Notes: generated by a model not told the origin, from the letters alone. Positions 1 through 9,724 are shown, counted from the stretch's first letter. The stretch: 39,490 nt of DNA from a virus (IMGVR_UViG_3300017784_004825:1-39490); one strand, 5' to 3'. Made by a program: numbers and translations.

Positions 1-81
1 CTGACCGCTGTATTCATTAACGTTCTTTGGTTCACCAAACATCGTTAACAATAAATCAACCAATAGGGATTCTTCTTTCAT
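1..81 (-). CDS. 5' end of a gene running off the left edge; possibly phage DNA primase (Zn-finger N-terminus)
   Basis: ATG at 81-79 opens MKEESLLVDLLLTMFGEPKNVNEYSGQ, with no stop before the edge. It follows a promoter-like element. It resembles, from memory only, the leader before the 'GQ..F.CP.C' Zn-finger of large-phage primases. Only 27 codons are visible. Confidence 0.4.
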   Translation of the reverse strand, partial: MKEESLLVDLLLTMFGEPKNVNEYSGQ

Positions 82-85
82 ATCT

Positions 86-115
86 AAAAGATACGAAAAA
101 TAAGGGAAATGTCAA
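86..115 (-). promoter_or_regulatory. Putative host-sigma70-type (early/middle) promoter
   Basis: Minus strand reads TTGACA-16 nt-TATCTT(TT). The context TTTTCGTATCTTTT is close to the Bacteroidota -7 element TAnnTTTG. It lies just downstream of a terminator and just upstream of the ATG at 81. Confidence 0.55.
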
Positions 116-120
116 TTAAC

Positions 121-150
121 AAAAAACCCACCTTTTGGGGGTGGGTTTTT
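121..150. terminator. Intrinsic (Rho-independent) terminator, potentially bidirectional
   Basis: AAAAACCCACC (122-132) / 7-nt loop / GGTGGGTTTTT (140-150) is a perfect inverted repeat with A/T tracts on both ends, 17 nt after the stop of ORF 168..446. Confidence 0.85.
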
Positions 151-167
151 CTAATTTTTTAATAAAT

Positions 168-446
168 TTAAACTAATGTTATCATTTGGGTTCTTTTAAA
201 TGTACATTTTCTTGGCGTACCACCCTTGTATTCTCCGGGCTTAAGTATCTCACCATTTGGATAACCTATATAATACATCAAATACGCATGTCCGTCTTTT
301 TCACCGATAAATTTACCCGTTTTTACTCCAGCCGAAGTACACGGCTCTCCATCCCCAACGACATCAGCCATTTGTTCATCTTCAGATATAACTCTATTAA
401 CGATACGTTTCAATTCTGTTTCAGTAAGTCTTACTATGTTTTTCAT
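168..446 (-). CDS. Small hypothetical protein with N-terminal 'RLTE.EL.RIV.RVI.E' motif; possible virion-internal protein
   Basis: 92-aa ORF MKNIVRLTETELKRIVNRVISEDEQ..., preceded by a TATTTATA motif and followed by a terminator. The amphipathic leader is of a type recurrent in large uncultured phages. Confidence 0.7.
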   Translation of the reverse strand: MKNIVRLTETELKRIVNRVISEDEQMADVVGDGEPCTSAGVKTGKFIGEKDGHAYLMYYIGYPNGEILKPGEYKGGTPRKCTFKRTQMITLV

Positions 447-477
447 ATTAATATTTTAATGTTTTATTTATTTATTA

Positions 478-485
478 TATAAATA
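478..485 (-). promoter_or_regulatory. Putative phage late-promoter motif TATTTATA (sense strand)
   Basis: Plus strand TATAAATA, 31 nt upstream of the ATG at 446. The same octamer is in other intergenic gaps (7743, 26272, 37289). Confidence 0.5.
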
Positions 486-521
486 CTCACAAACTTTGAA
501 AAAATCAAAAAAAAAAAGATT

Positions 522-1127
522 TTACCAAATATTTTCTTGTTTCATATAACCAAGAACGCAGGTATATGAATCTGACATATCAAAACATTCTTTTTTCAAA
601 GTATTATTTCTTGTATATAACCAAGTAATTTGTGGTTCTTTGTCTGATACTTTTTTCCAAATTATTTCTTTTTTATCGATATCTTTTGGTAACCCACCAA
701 ATAGTACACTTTTACCTTTATCATTTTGTTGTACTAATGTAGGCCAAGCATATTTTCTTGAATTATATGTTGATATAAATTTTGGAACTACTCACAAAAT
801 ATCATAAATAGATTTTGTAATCATTGAATTATATCTTAATAGTAATCCAACTGTCCAAACGTTATTTGAGTTTAAAAGTGGTTCTTCAATCACTACAGTT
901 GTTATTCCTAAATCGACATAACCTTTTAATTTATTCTCAAAAAAATCAATTTTTAATAATAGTTCTTCAATTTTATAGTCAGGTTTTGGTTTTATTATTG
1001 GTGAAAAATGAGTTAACTCCAATAATTGTTGTGATTGAATATCAAATAGTGACCACCCAATGGTTTTAGTTGATATATCTAAACCAAGAATTTTAGGTGT
1101 ATTTTTTAAATTTGTTTTTTTTTCCAT
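522..1127 (-). pseudogene. RuvC-like Holliday junction resolvase interrupted by one in-frame TGA (792-794)
   Basis: RNase H-fold motifs ILGLDISTKTIGW and VVIEEP lie before the TGA. The same frame continues VVPKFISTYNSRKYAWP...KKECFDMSDSYTCVLGYMKQENIW-TAA (522-524), supplying the C-terminal DxxD catalytic motif. It would be 201 aa if read through. Confidence 0.8.
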
Positions 1128-1135
1128 AAAATAAA

Positions 1136-3337
1136 TTAAAAATCAATCTTAATGGGGTATTGTTGTACTCCTTGTCTTTTTTCAGGTGATTGTATCTTAG
1201 AAACAACCATAAGTTCTTTGTCCGCATTGTAAAGAGCCACTTCAGATATATATGGGTTTTTTCCTTTCCATGTTGGGTTTGAGGAATCAAAAAACTGAGT
1301 TTGACCTAAATTACATAGATAATTCATAACATATATGGTTGCCGTAATGTCTGTCTTAATTGTACCATAAAAATAATATTCACCACCAAAATTTAAAGTA
1401 ACACCAGTTTGTCCTATAGTAGGTAATTTAACATAATTGTTTAAATTATATGTGGTAGCAGAATTAGTATACATATCATTTGTTAATTGGATTGTGGTTC
1501 CACTCATTAAGGCACTAGTTAATTGACCCGAAACCAGAGTAAACTGTGAAGTTATGTCTATTTCCTTCCAAGCGGTAACAATTGGTTTTGTTGTTGCAGT
1601 TGTTGTTACTCTTTGTACAATCAACTTTATTTTATCAGCGGTAAATCCGCTAACACTTCCACTAGTTGTTTGAGTTAAAAATGGAAATTCGTTACCAAAT
1701 CTTATTAACACATCTGAAGTTCCAGACAGTAAACTTTGATTATTACCTGAAATTTTTGAATAATAGTTACAATGCATACTACTGTTGATTACTGTGTCAT
1801 ACAGAATATAAGTTAAAAATAACGTATCAGTTTCACCAGATAACAACCCAACTGTACTACCTAAAACACCACTAAAAGTATTCGGTGTTACCAATCCTAA
1901 TTTTGGTGCGGGTAAAGTAAAAGATCTGTTAGATTTGTAACTTAAAGCAGCTATTATTTCATCATCATCAAATGTAACTATTTTTAAATCAGGAAAAACT
2001 TTACCAACTCTATTAGGGTATCCATTATCATTTGCGTTAGTATCCCATAAATGGTAGTATCTCAAACCAGGGTCGTTAAAATTAATGTCTTTTTTAGATT
2101 TAATATAATTAACAGTAAATAAATTTTGAGATGTGAACCCAGAAGGATCAACATAAAAATCCTGACCAATGGTTTTATTTTTATTTTTATGCCATAATAA
2201 CCAAGGAATTGATAATTTAAAATTTCTAGCTTGACCAGTATCCCCTGGACTTGTCGCATCATAGTCTCTTGTTGCAAATTTTTCACCATAAAAATTATCG
2301 ACAGATTGATTAGTATAATGAACAATAGCTATCGCTTTTTGTTCTGAAGGTAAAACTGATACTTTTTCAGAAAATGAGTTATAATAATATGTTGAATCAC
2401 TATCTATTTGACCTGAGTCGCTATTATATCCCAAATATTCTTTACTACCCAAATACCCAACAGATGAGTATAATTCATAATTCTGGTGAGTATTACTAAA
2501 AACCCCGGCTGGTGATTCAGACCAAGGAACATTCATATTCCAAATCTTAACATCGCTTTGTGAAAGGTCACAATTTGTTTCAAAATTAATAACATCATTA
2601 GACCAAAATGGTGATGGAGTATAACTATCATAAAGTTGTGTCATACCACTTGGATAAAATACTGTACGAAATGGCCCACTAAATAATATGAGTTTTGGTA
2701 AGTCTCTATCAACTTTAATAGTTACTGAACCTGTTGTTCCAGATGTAAATCCAGTTACCTCGACAACAACATACGTGAATATAGATGAATCACCACTTAA
2801 AGGAGTTATTGAATTATTAGTAAATAAAGTCACAAACATACCTGGAGTTACATTACCAGTAAAAATAAAAGGATCAATATTATTGTATTCTAAAGTTATT
2901 GTGTTCCCTGAATTAACATTAGCCGCAGTCACACGCCAATTAGATGTAATAGTATATGCTGATGTTGTATTTAATGAAAAACTATTAGTAGTCCCACTAA
3001 AAAACCCTCTAGGAGCCGCACTATTATATATACTGTCAATATAAGAACTATCTAATGGAACACCAAAAGTACTACCAGATGTTGAATCTAAAAACAATGG
3101 ATATTTAACTTGCATTTTATTTTTTTGTGGAATAGGTGCTAAATTTTGTGAATTATATTGAGGCATTAAAATATTATAATCGACATTATCTATTGTTGAC
3201 ACGCAATCGTAACAAACTTCACTATCTCCAACTTGAAAGTATGAAATGTTAAAGTCACCTTGTGACATTTTTTTTCTTGCTGCGTCAGTAACCATTGTGT
3301 TGATTAAGGCTGCTGTATGTTTAATTATGTATGACAT
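1136..3337 (-). CDS. Virion structural protein, probably baseplate/tail-fibre anchoring (split DUF3751-like domain)
   Basis: 733 aa. N-terminal VTDAARKKMSQGDFNISYFQVGD and C-terminal YISEVALYNADKELMVVSK resemble the two halves of the P2 gpH-type tail-collar fibre N-domain. The interior is Ser/Thr/Gly-rich and beta-like. Confidence 0.55.
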   Translation of the reverse strand: MSYIIKHTAALINTMVTDAARKKMSQGDFNISYFQVGDSEVCYDCVSTIDNVDYNILMPQYNSQNLAPIPQKNKMQVKYPLFLDSTSGSTFGVPLDSSYIDSIYNSAAPRGFFSGTTNSFSLNTTSAYTITSNWRVTAANVNSGNTITLEYNNIDPFIFTGNVTPGMFVTLFTNNSITPLSGDSSIFTYVVVEVTGFTSGTTGSVTIKVDRDLPKLILFSGPFRTVFYPSGMTQLYDSYTPSPFWSNDVINFETNCDLSQSDVKIWNMNVPWSESPAGVFSNTHQNYELYSSVGYLGSKEYLGYNSDSGQIDSDSTYYYNSFSEKVSVLPSEQKAIAIVHYTNQSVDNFYGEKFATRDYDATSPGDTGQARNFKLSIPWLLWHKNKNKTIGQDFYVDPSGFTSQNLFTVNYIKSKKDINFNDPGLRYYHLWDTNANDNGYPNRVGKVFPDLKIVTFDDDEIIAALSYKSNRSFTLPAPKLGLVTPNTFSGVLGSTVGLLSGETDTLFLTYILYDTVINSSMHCNYYSKISGNNQSLLSGTSDVLIRFGNEFPFLTQTTSGSVSGFTADKIKLIVQRVTTTATTKPIVTAWKEIDITSQFTLVSGQLTSALMSGTTIQLTNDMYTNSATTYNLNNYVKLPTIGQTGVTLNFGGEYYFYGTIKTDITATIYVMNYLCNLGQTQFFDSSNPTWKGKNPYISEVALYNADKELMVVSKIQSPEKRQGVQQYPIKIDF

Positions 3338-3358
3338 TTATGTATATATATATATTAT

Positions 3359-4975
3359 TTATGGTGAAATTGTTCCTGGATTTTCTATTGGGAATATTAT
3401 AGGGGTAAGTGTAGTACTACTCATTACATTGTTTGCTGATGGGGTAATAGCAATATTTAAAACGTTAACTGAACATTGAAGTTTGCCATATGTTGCACAG
3501 GCTTGAGGTGAAGAACTAATAACGGTAGGTGTATTCACAGTTAAATTTAATGTTCCGGTTGGTAAAGTACCTCCACCAACAATAGTTACAGTATTATATG
3601 TATATGTGACTCCACTAAGATTTACCACACCAAGAGTTGCCGAACACGCAGGTCTTGGTACACTAATTTGAGTCATCGAAGTTGTGGTTAACGTTGAAGT
3701 TATATTAGTGGTCTGATTAGTGATGAAAGTTGGGGTAAACGGTCCTGCAGTGAATCCAGTTGTTGTAATTACTGTTTGTAATTTAAACGTTATACTCTTA
3801 CCAACCGGTAATGGTGGATTTACAGAAAAAGTAAACGTGTCATTAGAACTCATACTTGTATTACCATTTGCAATCATTTGGTTATATGTTCGGGTTATAT
3901 TCAGAGTATATGTTATAGTTGGTGGAACAACTAAACTAAATGATTGTGTAAATATAGTATTATTACTATCTTTAACATATGCGGTATACGTTCCAGAACC
4001 TAAAGAATTAAACATACCACCTTGTTGGTAATTATTTCCATCAATTGAATAACTATATGGTTGTAATCCGCCATTACCAATCATAGTTACGCTACCACCT
4101 AAAATAGTATTATTTTGTGGGTTACTTGTTAATAACTGTAAAAAACTTAACGGTATTGCTCCACAAATACCACTATTCACATTAATTGATAATGTTGATG
4201 CATTTGGGCCTGTAACTGTCCAAGGACCAGTTGGGGGAATTGAAGGGTTTTGTTTATATACAATACCTCCACCGCTAAGAGTGATACCACTTAATAACCA
4301 ACGACCACTAGTGTTGTTATAATAAACAACATAACTAGGGGTAACACTACTCCAAGATGGGGTTCCATTTATAGTGGATCCAGATGAAAAATTAATTTGT
4401 GTTGTTGCAGAATTAAGTGTTGATTGTAAACATAACTTTTCAGGATATATTGGCGTTGCCGGTACTGCCGGTAAACAAGATGAACAATTAACGTATGGTC
4501 CACCAATATTTAATTGTTTTTGAGCATAATTAGAATTATACATCTGTCCAGTATATAAAACAGAGCCAATACGTGTCCAACAACCTATTTGAGTTGTTAA
4601 CATATAAACACTATTAGTAGCAAATTGAGGATTAGTTAAGTCAGAAACATAATATACATAAGACGCATTATTGGAACAATTTTGAAATTCTTCTAAATAA
4701 AAACTAGTATTCCCGACCGTACAAAAAGTTGTTGCGGTATAATCCCCATAATAATCTATTATGGTTGCGGCATATGTTCCAGTAGTTAAATTAGTTAAAG
4801 TAGTTCCAATTTGTCCATTATCCCATCTTACATCGTAAGGTGCGGATCCTCCGGTAACAACTAAAGAAATTAAACCATCGGTTGTTTGTGGTGTTGAGGT
4901 ATTAATAACGTTACAAACACCACCTAACGGTAATATCGTTATAATACTACAACTATTTCCACTCAAAAGTCCCAT
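3359..4975 (-). CDS. SprB-repeat-containing Thr-rich virion appendage/adhesin protein
   Basis: 538 aa with two SprB-like modules: GLISLVVTGGSAPYDVRWDNGQ...LTTGTYAATIID and GGLQPYSYSIDG...LGSGTYTAYVKDSN. Very Thr-rich C-terminus, no signal peptide. Confidence 0.65.
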   Translation of the reverse strand: MGLLSGNSCSIITILPLGGVCNVINTSTPQTTDGLISLVVTGGSAPYDVRWDNGQIGTTLTNLTTGTYAATIIDYYGDYTATTFCTVGNTSFYLEEFQNCSNNASYVYYVSDLTNPQFATNSVYMLTTQIGCWTRIGSVLYTGQMYNSNYAQKQLNIGGPYVNCSSCLPAVPATPIYPEKLCLQSTLNSATTQINFSSGSTINGTPSWSSVTPSYVVYYNNTSGRWLLSGITLSGGGIVYKQNPSIPPTGPWTVTGPNASTLSINVNSGICGAIPLSFLQLLTSNPQNNTILGGSVTMIGNGGLQPYSYSIDGNNYQQGGMFNSLGSGTYTAYVKDSNNTIFTQSFSLVVPPTITYTLNITRTYNQMIANGNTSMSSNDTFTFSVNPPLPVGKSITFKLQTVITTTGFTAGPFTPTFITNQTTNITSTLTTTSMTQISVPRPACSATLGVVNLSGVTYTYNTVTIVGGGTLPTGTLNLTVNTPTVISSSPQACATYGKLQCSVNVLNIAITPSANNVMSSTTLTPIIFPIENPGTISP

Positions 4976-5003
4976 ATTTTAAAATATATTTATTTTTAAT
5001 TTA

Positions 5004-6086
5004 TTAAATTTGTCCACCATCAGTTATTATCCAATTTTTTGTTGCTCCAGTTAAAATATTCTTAGAAGCAGATCCAGATGACATATATTGTATTGTTCCA
5101 AAATTAATAGTAACTCCAGTTCTTACATTTTGAGTTGCCCAACTATTATAAATATTAGTTAAGAAAGAGTAATTAGTTGTAGTTTTACCACTCATAAAAC
5201 TAGTAGCATTTTTAAGATTTTCAACATTCCAAATTCCAACATTCTGATTAAAAGATGTGCAATTTTGAAACATGCTAGTCATTCCCGTTACGGAATAAGT
5301 AGAAAATAATATTGGTTGGTTTAGTGTGGTACAATCTCTAAACATATTATCCATATTTTTAACTGAATTAGTGTTAAACGATAAGGATTGGTTTAATAAC
5401 GTACAACCACTAAACATGCTAGTGGTGGCAGTGACCGAAGAGGTGTACCAATCATTAATATTATTAACTGAAGTTAAATTAGTACAACCTTTAAACATAT
5501 TTGTTAAATCCTTACTTGTCCCCAAATCTAACGTACCATAAGTATTACTTAAATTTAAATTAGTACAACCACTAAAGGTATCATTTGAAGTGTTATTTAA
5601 ACTTAAAATACCCCAACTCACTACTGATGTAATGAGACTTGGTGTAGACCCTACAGAAGTATTAAAATTCCAACCACTACAAGTTCCACTTATAGTTACG
5701 GTATAGGTATTTGCTGAAAGATATGTGTGTGTTCTATTTTGATAAGTATTTGCAGAAAAGCTACCATCACCCCAAGTAATTCCTCCACTATATGTTCCAC
5801 CAGAACTATATGGTAAAGTTATAGATTGATTTGGTGCTGTAGTTGTCCAAGTACTAATATAAGAACCAAAACCACCAAAACAATAAACGCAATTGTTATT
5901 ATCAATAACTTTAACACCATAAGTAACGTAATAATTGTACTCACTTGGTAATGTAAAACTATAAGGTAATGATGATACCGTATTAATATATTGGCAAACA
6001 CTTGAACTTGTACAGTCATCACAAACCCATACATCATATGGTGAGGAACCACCACTTATACTACTAACAGTTATTAAAGTATCCAT
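5004..6086 (-). CDS. BspA-like/DUF285 repeat protein with PKD-like domain and shared N-terminal module
   Basis: 360 aa with ITWGDG...HTY...YTVTISG (PKD-like) and repeats TSMFSGCTLLNQ, NMFRDCTTLNQ, SMFQNCTSFNQNVGIWNV. It ends WIITDGG, typical of DUF285 proteins. The N-terminus is related to those of ORFs starting at 15774, 16728, 19807 and 20034. Confidence 0.8.
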   Translation of the reverse strand: MDTLITVSSISGGSSPYDVWVCDDCTSSSVCQYINTVSSLPYSFTLPSEYNYYVTYGVKVIDNNNCVYCFGGFGSYISTWTTTAPNQSITLPYSSGGTYSGGITWGDGSFSANTYQNRTHTYLSANTYTVTISGTCSGWNFNTSVGSTPSLITSVVSWGILSLNNTSNDTFSGCTNLNLSNTYGTLDLGTSKDLTNMFKGCTNLTSVNNINDWYTSSVTATTSMFSGCTLLNQSLSFNTNSVKNMDNMFRDCTTLNQPILFSTYSVTGMTSMFQNCTSFNQNVGIWNVENLKNATSFMSGKTTTNYSFLTNIYNSWATQNVRTGVTINFGTIQYMSSGSASKNILTGATKNWIITDGGQI

Positions 6087-6089
6087 ATT

Positions 6090-7724
6090 TTAACAATTTC
6101 CATTTATTGTACATTTTTCACTTATAACACCATTAGTATCAACATTATAAATTTTATTACCATACTGAACATAATCTATTGTTATTATATTTAATAATGA
6201 TTGATTTGAATATAACGTTACTCCATTTTGTAATTGAGTTACAGTTGGTAAGGTATAAAAAGTTAAATCAGATCCAAAATCAGTTAATTGACACAATGGA
6301 CAATTTACCGAATACGCTCCCTTACCACTCCAAGAATTGTAAGTTTTAGTTGGTTTAGGTATAACTAAACAACTAATACAATTTGTATATGTAGTTGCGG
6401 TAGTACCAGTAAACATATTTTGATTACTACTCATGAACCCACTAGGTGTATTATAATTAACATAATCTCCAATATAATTATAACATTCACCAGAAACTGT
6501 TTTCAATATATCACCAACACTAATATTATAAGGTGGATATGCTGATTGTATAATCATCGAATTTGATGTACAAGATGTAAAAATAAATTTACTATTAATT
6601 GGATACGATGGTGTTGCGGTTGGTGCTGGCGTTGGTCCTGGTGTTGGTAGTGGTAATTGTGTTGCAGTTGGTGTTGGTGTAAAACAAGTAGTACATCCTG
6701 ACGTATAAGCTGATATAACATAACTAACACTAGAATTAACACTATCTAATGACGTTTTTGTGTATTTAACACAAAGTATAACTCCATTAACTACAGCCTG
6801 AATTGTTTGTCCGGTAGTTATTTGTATAATTGTTCCTCCACTAGTAATAGCTAAAGGACCTTCAATATAATACTTTTCACCATCAGAACAACCAACAAGT
6901 TCTTTAGTGTTACACATAAAATTACCATCATCAATAACAAAGGTCACACCACTACTAAATAAAGCTCTTGTTGGTGTTGGTTGCGGTGTCGCAGTTGGGT
7001 TTGGTGTTGGTGTTGGAGTTATGGTTTGACCACTTATTGATGCTGTATATCCACTACATAAATCTGGAGTTGGTTGTGGTGTTGCACTTGGCGATGGTGT
7101 TGGTGTTGGTGTTAACGTTGGTACAGGCGTTGGTGTAAAACATAAAACACTAACATCGAAATCAACAAAACAAGGGTTATTTGGTGTTGGTTGTGGAATA
7201 CAATTTCCACTATAGTATATCGTTGAATCTAAATCAGGTGAAGTATTATTTGATGTTGGGTTTGATCCAAAAAAGAAACACCCACCAGTGCCTAACGTAC
7301 TAGATAAACACCAATTAGGACCTGCCGTTGTTCCGGTATTAAAATATATAAAACCATTACATGTAGAGCCAGACCAATATGGGTGAGCACCATAAGATCC
7401 AGCAACATAATAAGTACTACTATACCCACTATATATATTGGTTGAGTTAATGTTAATACAAGCTGCGCTAGAAGCACATGTTAATGCGGTGTTGGTACAA
7501 GCACTAGCAACAGTAGCAGTACTATATCCTGCACCAAAATCACCAATATTAATAGATGTAACACCAGCAGTTGCTCCCGTATTAGTTTGGTAAACTCCAG
7601 GAATAATTAAAGTATGTCCTGATATTGAAACGTAATCACCATCAGCCGCATAGTTAAAAGTACCAGCCGAATAAGTAATTCCAGTGTAACAACAACTTTT
7701 TAAAAATATAAGACCTACAGGCAT
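6090..7724 (-). CDS. Cys-rich, Thr/Pro-linker (mucin-like) modular virion protein
   Basis: 544 aa of small Cys-bounded domains separated by three long (TP)n tracts, e.g. TPTPVPTLTPTPTPSPSATPQPTP and TPTPTATQLPLPTPGPTPAPTATPS. Confidence 0.7.
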   Translation of the reverse strand: MPVGLIFLKSCCYTGITYSAGTFNYAADGDYVSISGHTLIIPGVYQTNTGATAGVTSINIGDFGAGYSTATVASACTNTALTCASSAACININSTNIYSGYSSTYYVAGSYGAHPYWSGSTCNGFIYFNTGTTAGPNWCLSSTLGTGGCFFFGSNPTSNNTSPDLDSTIYYSGNCIPQPTPNNPCFVDFDVSVLCFTPTPVPTLTPTPTPSPSATPQPTPDLCSGYTASISGQTITPTPTPNPTATPQPTPTRALFSSGVTFVIDDGNFMCNTKELVGCSDGEKYYIEGPLAITSGGTIIQITTGQTIQAVVNGVILCVKYTKTSLDSVNSSVSYVISAYTSGCTTCFTPTPTATQLPLPTPGPTPAPTATPSYPINSKFIFTSCTSNSMIIQSAYPPYNISVGDILKTVSGECYNYIGDYVNYNTPSGFMSSNQNMFTGTTATTYTNCISCLVIPKPTKTYNSWSGKGAYSVNCPLCQLTDFGSDLTFYTLPTVTQLQNGVTLYSNQSLLNIITIDYVQYGNKIYNVDTNGVISEKCTINGNC

Positions 7725-7742
7725 AATTAATAATCTTTAATA

Positions 7743-7750
7743 TATAAATA
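7743..7750 (-). promoter_or_regulatory. Putative late-promoter motif TATTTATA
   Basis: Intergenic, 18 nt upstream of the ATG at 7724. Confidence 0.5.
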
Positions 7751-7766
7751 ATCAAAACTTTATTTT

Positions 7767-7795
7767 ATTAAAGATTAAATAATATTATATGTCAA
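7767..7795 (-). promoter_or_regulatory. Possible sigma70-like promoter
   Basis: Minus strand TTGACA-17 nt-TTTAAT in the 82-bp gap between glf and ORF 6090..7724. The AT-rich context makes a chance match possible. Confidence 0.3.
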
Positions 7796-7806
7796 TTATT
7801 TAAAAA

Positions 7807-8910
7807 TTATGTAGTATGACCACAATTTAAACGTACCTCATTCTTTGACCTATTTAATGCTGATGCAACAACTTGGTGCATATCATAATATTTGTAATCC
7901 GCTAACCTTCCACCAAAGATAACATTTTCCTCATTATCCATTAATTCTTTATATTTATTATATATAGAATTATTAATATTGTCGTTAACAGGATAATATG
8001 GTTCGCCAACACTCTTTGGATATTCTGTTGTTATAACAGTTTTATTTTGTTTTCCGAATTCAAAATGTTTATGTTCTATTATTCTCGTATATTCAGTTGT
8101 AATATCAGTATAATTTATAATTGCGTTTCCTTGAAAGTTGTTTACATCTTTTATTTCTGTTTTAAATTCTAAACTTCTATATTCTAACTCGCCAAATTTA
8201 TAGTTATAATACTTATCTATAGGTCCTGTGTAAAGAACTTTTTTACACTGACCATCCCAAAATTCTTTATCTTTAAAATAATCAATATTTAATTTAACCT
8301 CAATACCATCCAATAACTTTTCAAATATTTTTGTGTAACCACCAATTGGTATTCCTTGATACTTGTCAAAAAAATAATTATCATCAAATGTTAACCTTAT
8401 TGGTAATCTTCTAATAATACTCGATGGTAATAATTTAGGTTCTCTACCCCATTGTTTTGTTGTGTATCCTTTAATAAATATTTCATATATTTCGGTACCA
8501 ACTTGCGATAATATCCATTCCTCTAAATTCTTCGGGGTCTCAATATTGTGTTTAACGTGGTTTAAGATAATCTTAGCTTGTTCTGGTGTTGTTACATCAT
8601 ATAACTGATATAATGTCATTAAATTAATGGGAAATGAATAAATTTTTTCTTTATAATTTACTTTGGGTCTATTAACAAAATGATTGAACTCACAAAATCT
8701 ATTCATATACTCCCATACCTTATCATCAGATGTATGAAAAATGTGTGGACCATATCTGTGTACATTAATCCCCTCAATCTCTTCAGTATAACAATTACCA
8801 CCAATGTGATTTCTTTTATCAATAACTAAACATTTGTATCCCTTATCTGTTAATTCTCTGGCGAATATAGATCCAAATAATCCAGATCCAACTATTAAGT
8901 AATCGTACAT
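7807..8910 (-). CDS. glf: UDP-galactopyranose mutase
   Basis: 367 aa with MYDYLIVGSGLFG (FAD-binding), HIGGNCY, HRYGPHIFHT, YFFDKYQGIPIGGYT, LEYRSL, TRIIEHKHF, EPYYPVND and GRLADYKYYDMHQV. This is the full Glf motif set. Confidence 0.97.
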   Translation of the reverse strand: MYDYLIVGSGLFGSIFARELTDKGYKCLVIDKRNHIGGNCYTEEIEGINVHRYGPHIFHTSDDKVWEYMNRFCEFNHFVNRPKVNYKEKIYSFPINLMTLYQLYDVTTPEQAKIILNHVKHNIETPKNLEEWILSQVGTEIYEIFIKGYTTKQWGREPKLLPSSIIRRLPIRLTFDDNYFFDKYQGIPIGGYTKIFEKLLDGIEVKLNIDYFKDKEFWDGQCKKVLYTGPIDKYYNYKFGELEYRSLEFKTEIKDVNNFQGNAIINYTDITTEYTRIIEHKHFEFGKQNKTVITTEYPKSVGEPYYPVNDNINNSIYNKYKELMDNEENVIFGGRLADYKYYDMHQVVASALNRSKNEVRLNCGHTT

Positions 8911-9713
8911 TATTTAATATTAATTGAGATGTCTTTATATAATTCCAATATATCTGTATTATCAATATGTTGTACTTGAGTAAAAAATGCGTAATGAACA
9001 AATAAACAATCACCAAAAATAATATTTGGTTTTTGGATTTCTTTTGGTTTATCACACGACAACCATTGTTCTTCATCAACACCAACTTTACCATCAAATT
9101 TTTTAAACTCGCTACCCAACCATGAAATAACATTTATTGAAACTCTTTCATAATCTCTTAAAATCCAATTATTTAGTGAAAAATCTGTAATCTGGTTATT
9201 TTTATTTAATTCAAAAAATTTTTGATGTATTGATTCGGCAGCAATTGGATTGTTCCATCCGTTATGGTCTGCACAATGATAACCAAATTTAACTTCATTT
9301 GTTAGTGTACCCTTTTTTTGATGTAAATGTGATAATATCGCATTATTAACAATATTACCATACACCAAAAAATAATTAGGGTTGTTAATTCTAAAATCAA
9401 ATAAATTATTTAAGGAGTTAGGTTTAACATAAACAATATCATCATCTAATCTAATATAGACAGAATTCTCGTCCACACACTCTTTAAAAAAATGAAAAAT
9501 AGTTTCATTACCTTTAACACCAATTTTTGTTCTTTGTAATTTTATGAATTCGTTTTCACTTTCTAATTTTTCCATGTATCGTATGTCATCTGTTTTTTCA
9601 GTATTAACCCACAATATCCATTCGTCAAATTCATTTTTTAAATTTTTTAAATGATTAAATAGTATTTCTAAATATTTTTTTCTACCTGCCGGTGTTACTA
9701 ATATTCTTTTCAT
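8910..9713 (-). CDS. Putative glycosyltransferase (GT-A fold)
   Basis: 267 aa with N-terminal TPAGRKKYL, a DxD motif in YIRLDDDIVY, a late DEEQW and VHYAFFTQ. Its stop overlaps the glf start (TAATG). Confidence 0.65.
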   Translation of the reverse strand: MKRILVTPAGRKKYLEILFNHLKNLKNEFDEWILWVNTEKTDDIRYMEKLESENEFIKLQRTKIGVKGNETIFHFFKECVDENSVYIRLDDDIVYVKPNSLNNLFDFRINNPNYFLVYGNIVNNAILSHLHQKKGTLTNEVKFGYHCADHNGWNNPIAAESIHQKFFELNKNNQITDFSLNNWILRDYERVSINVISWLGSEFKKFDGKVGVDEEQWLSCDKPKEIQKPNIIFGDCLFVHYAFFTQVQHIDNTDILELYKDISINIK

Positions 9714-9724
9714 TTATAAAGTTT

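Noticed and set aside
501-523. AAAATC-(A)11-GATTTT inverted repeat after the resolvase stop
   Set aside because: The 6-bp AT-rich stem with a homopolymer loop is too weak to call a terminator.
522-1127. RuvC-fold protein as TnpB/Cas12/IscB or transposase
   Set aside because: It is only about 200 aa, with no Zn-finger, HNH or REC regions, no flanking IS ends or array, and a replication-gene context that fits a resolvase.
3339-3356. (TA)n microsatellite upstream of the 733-aa gene as a phase-variation switch
   Set aside because: It is short and expected in very AT-rich intergenic DNA; it may just be a degenerate late-promoter motif.
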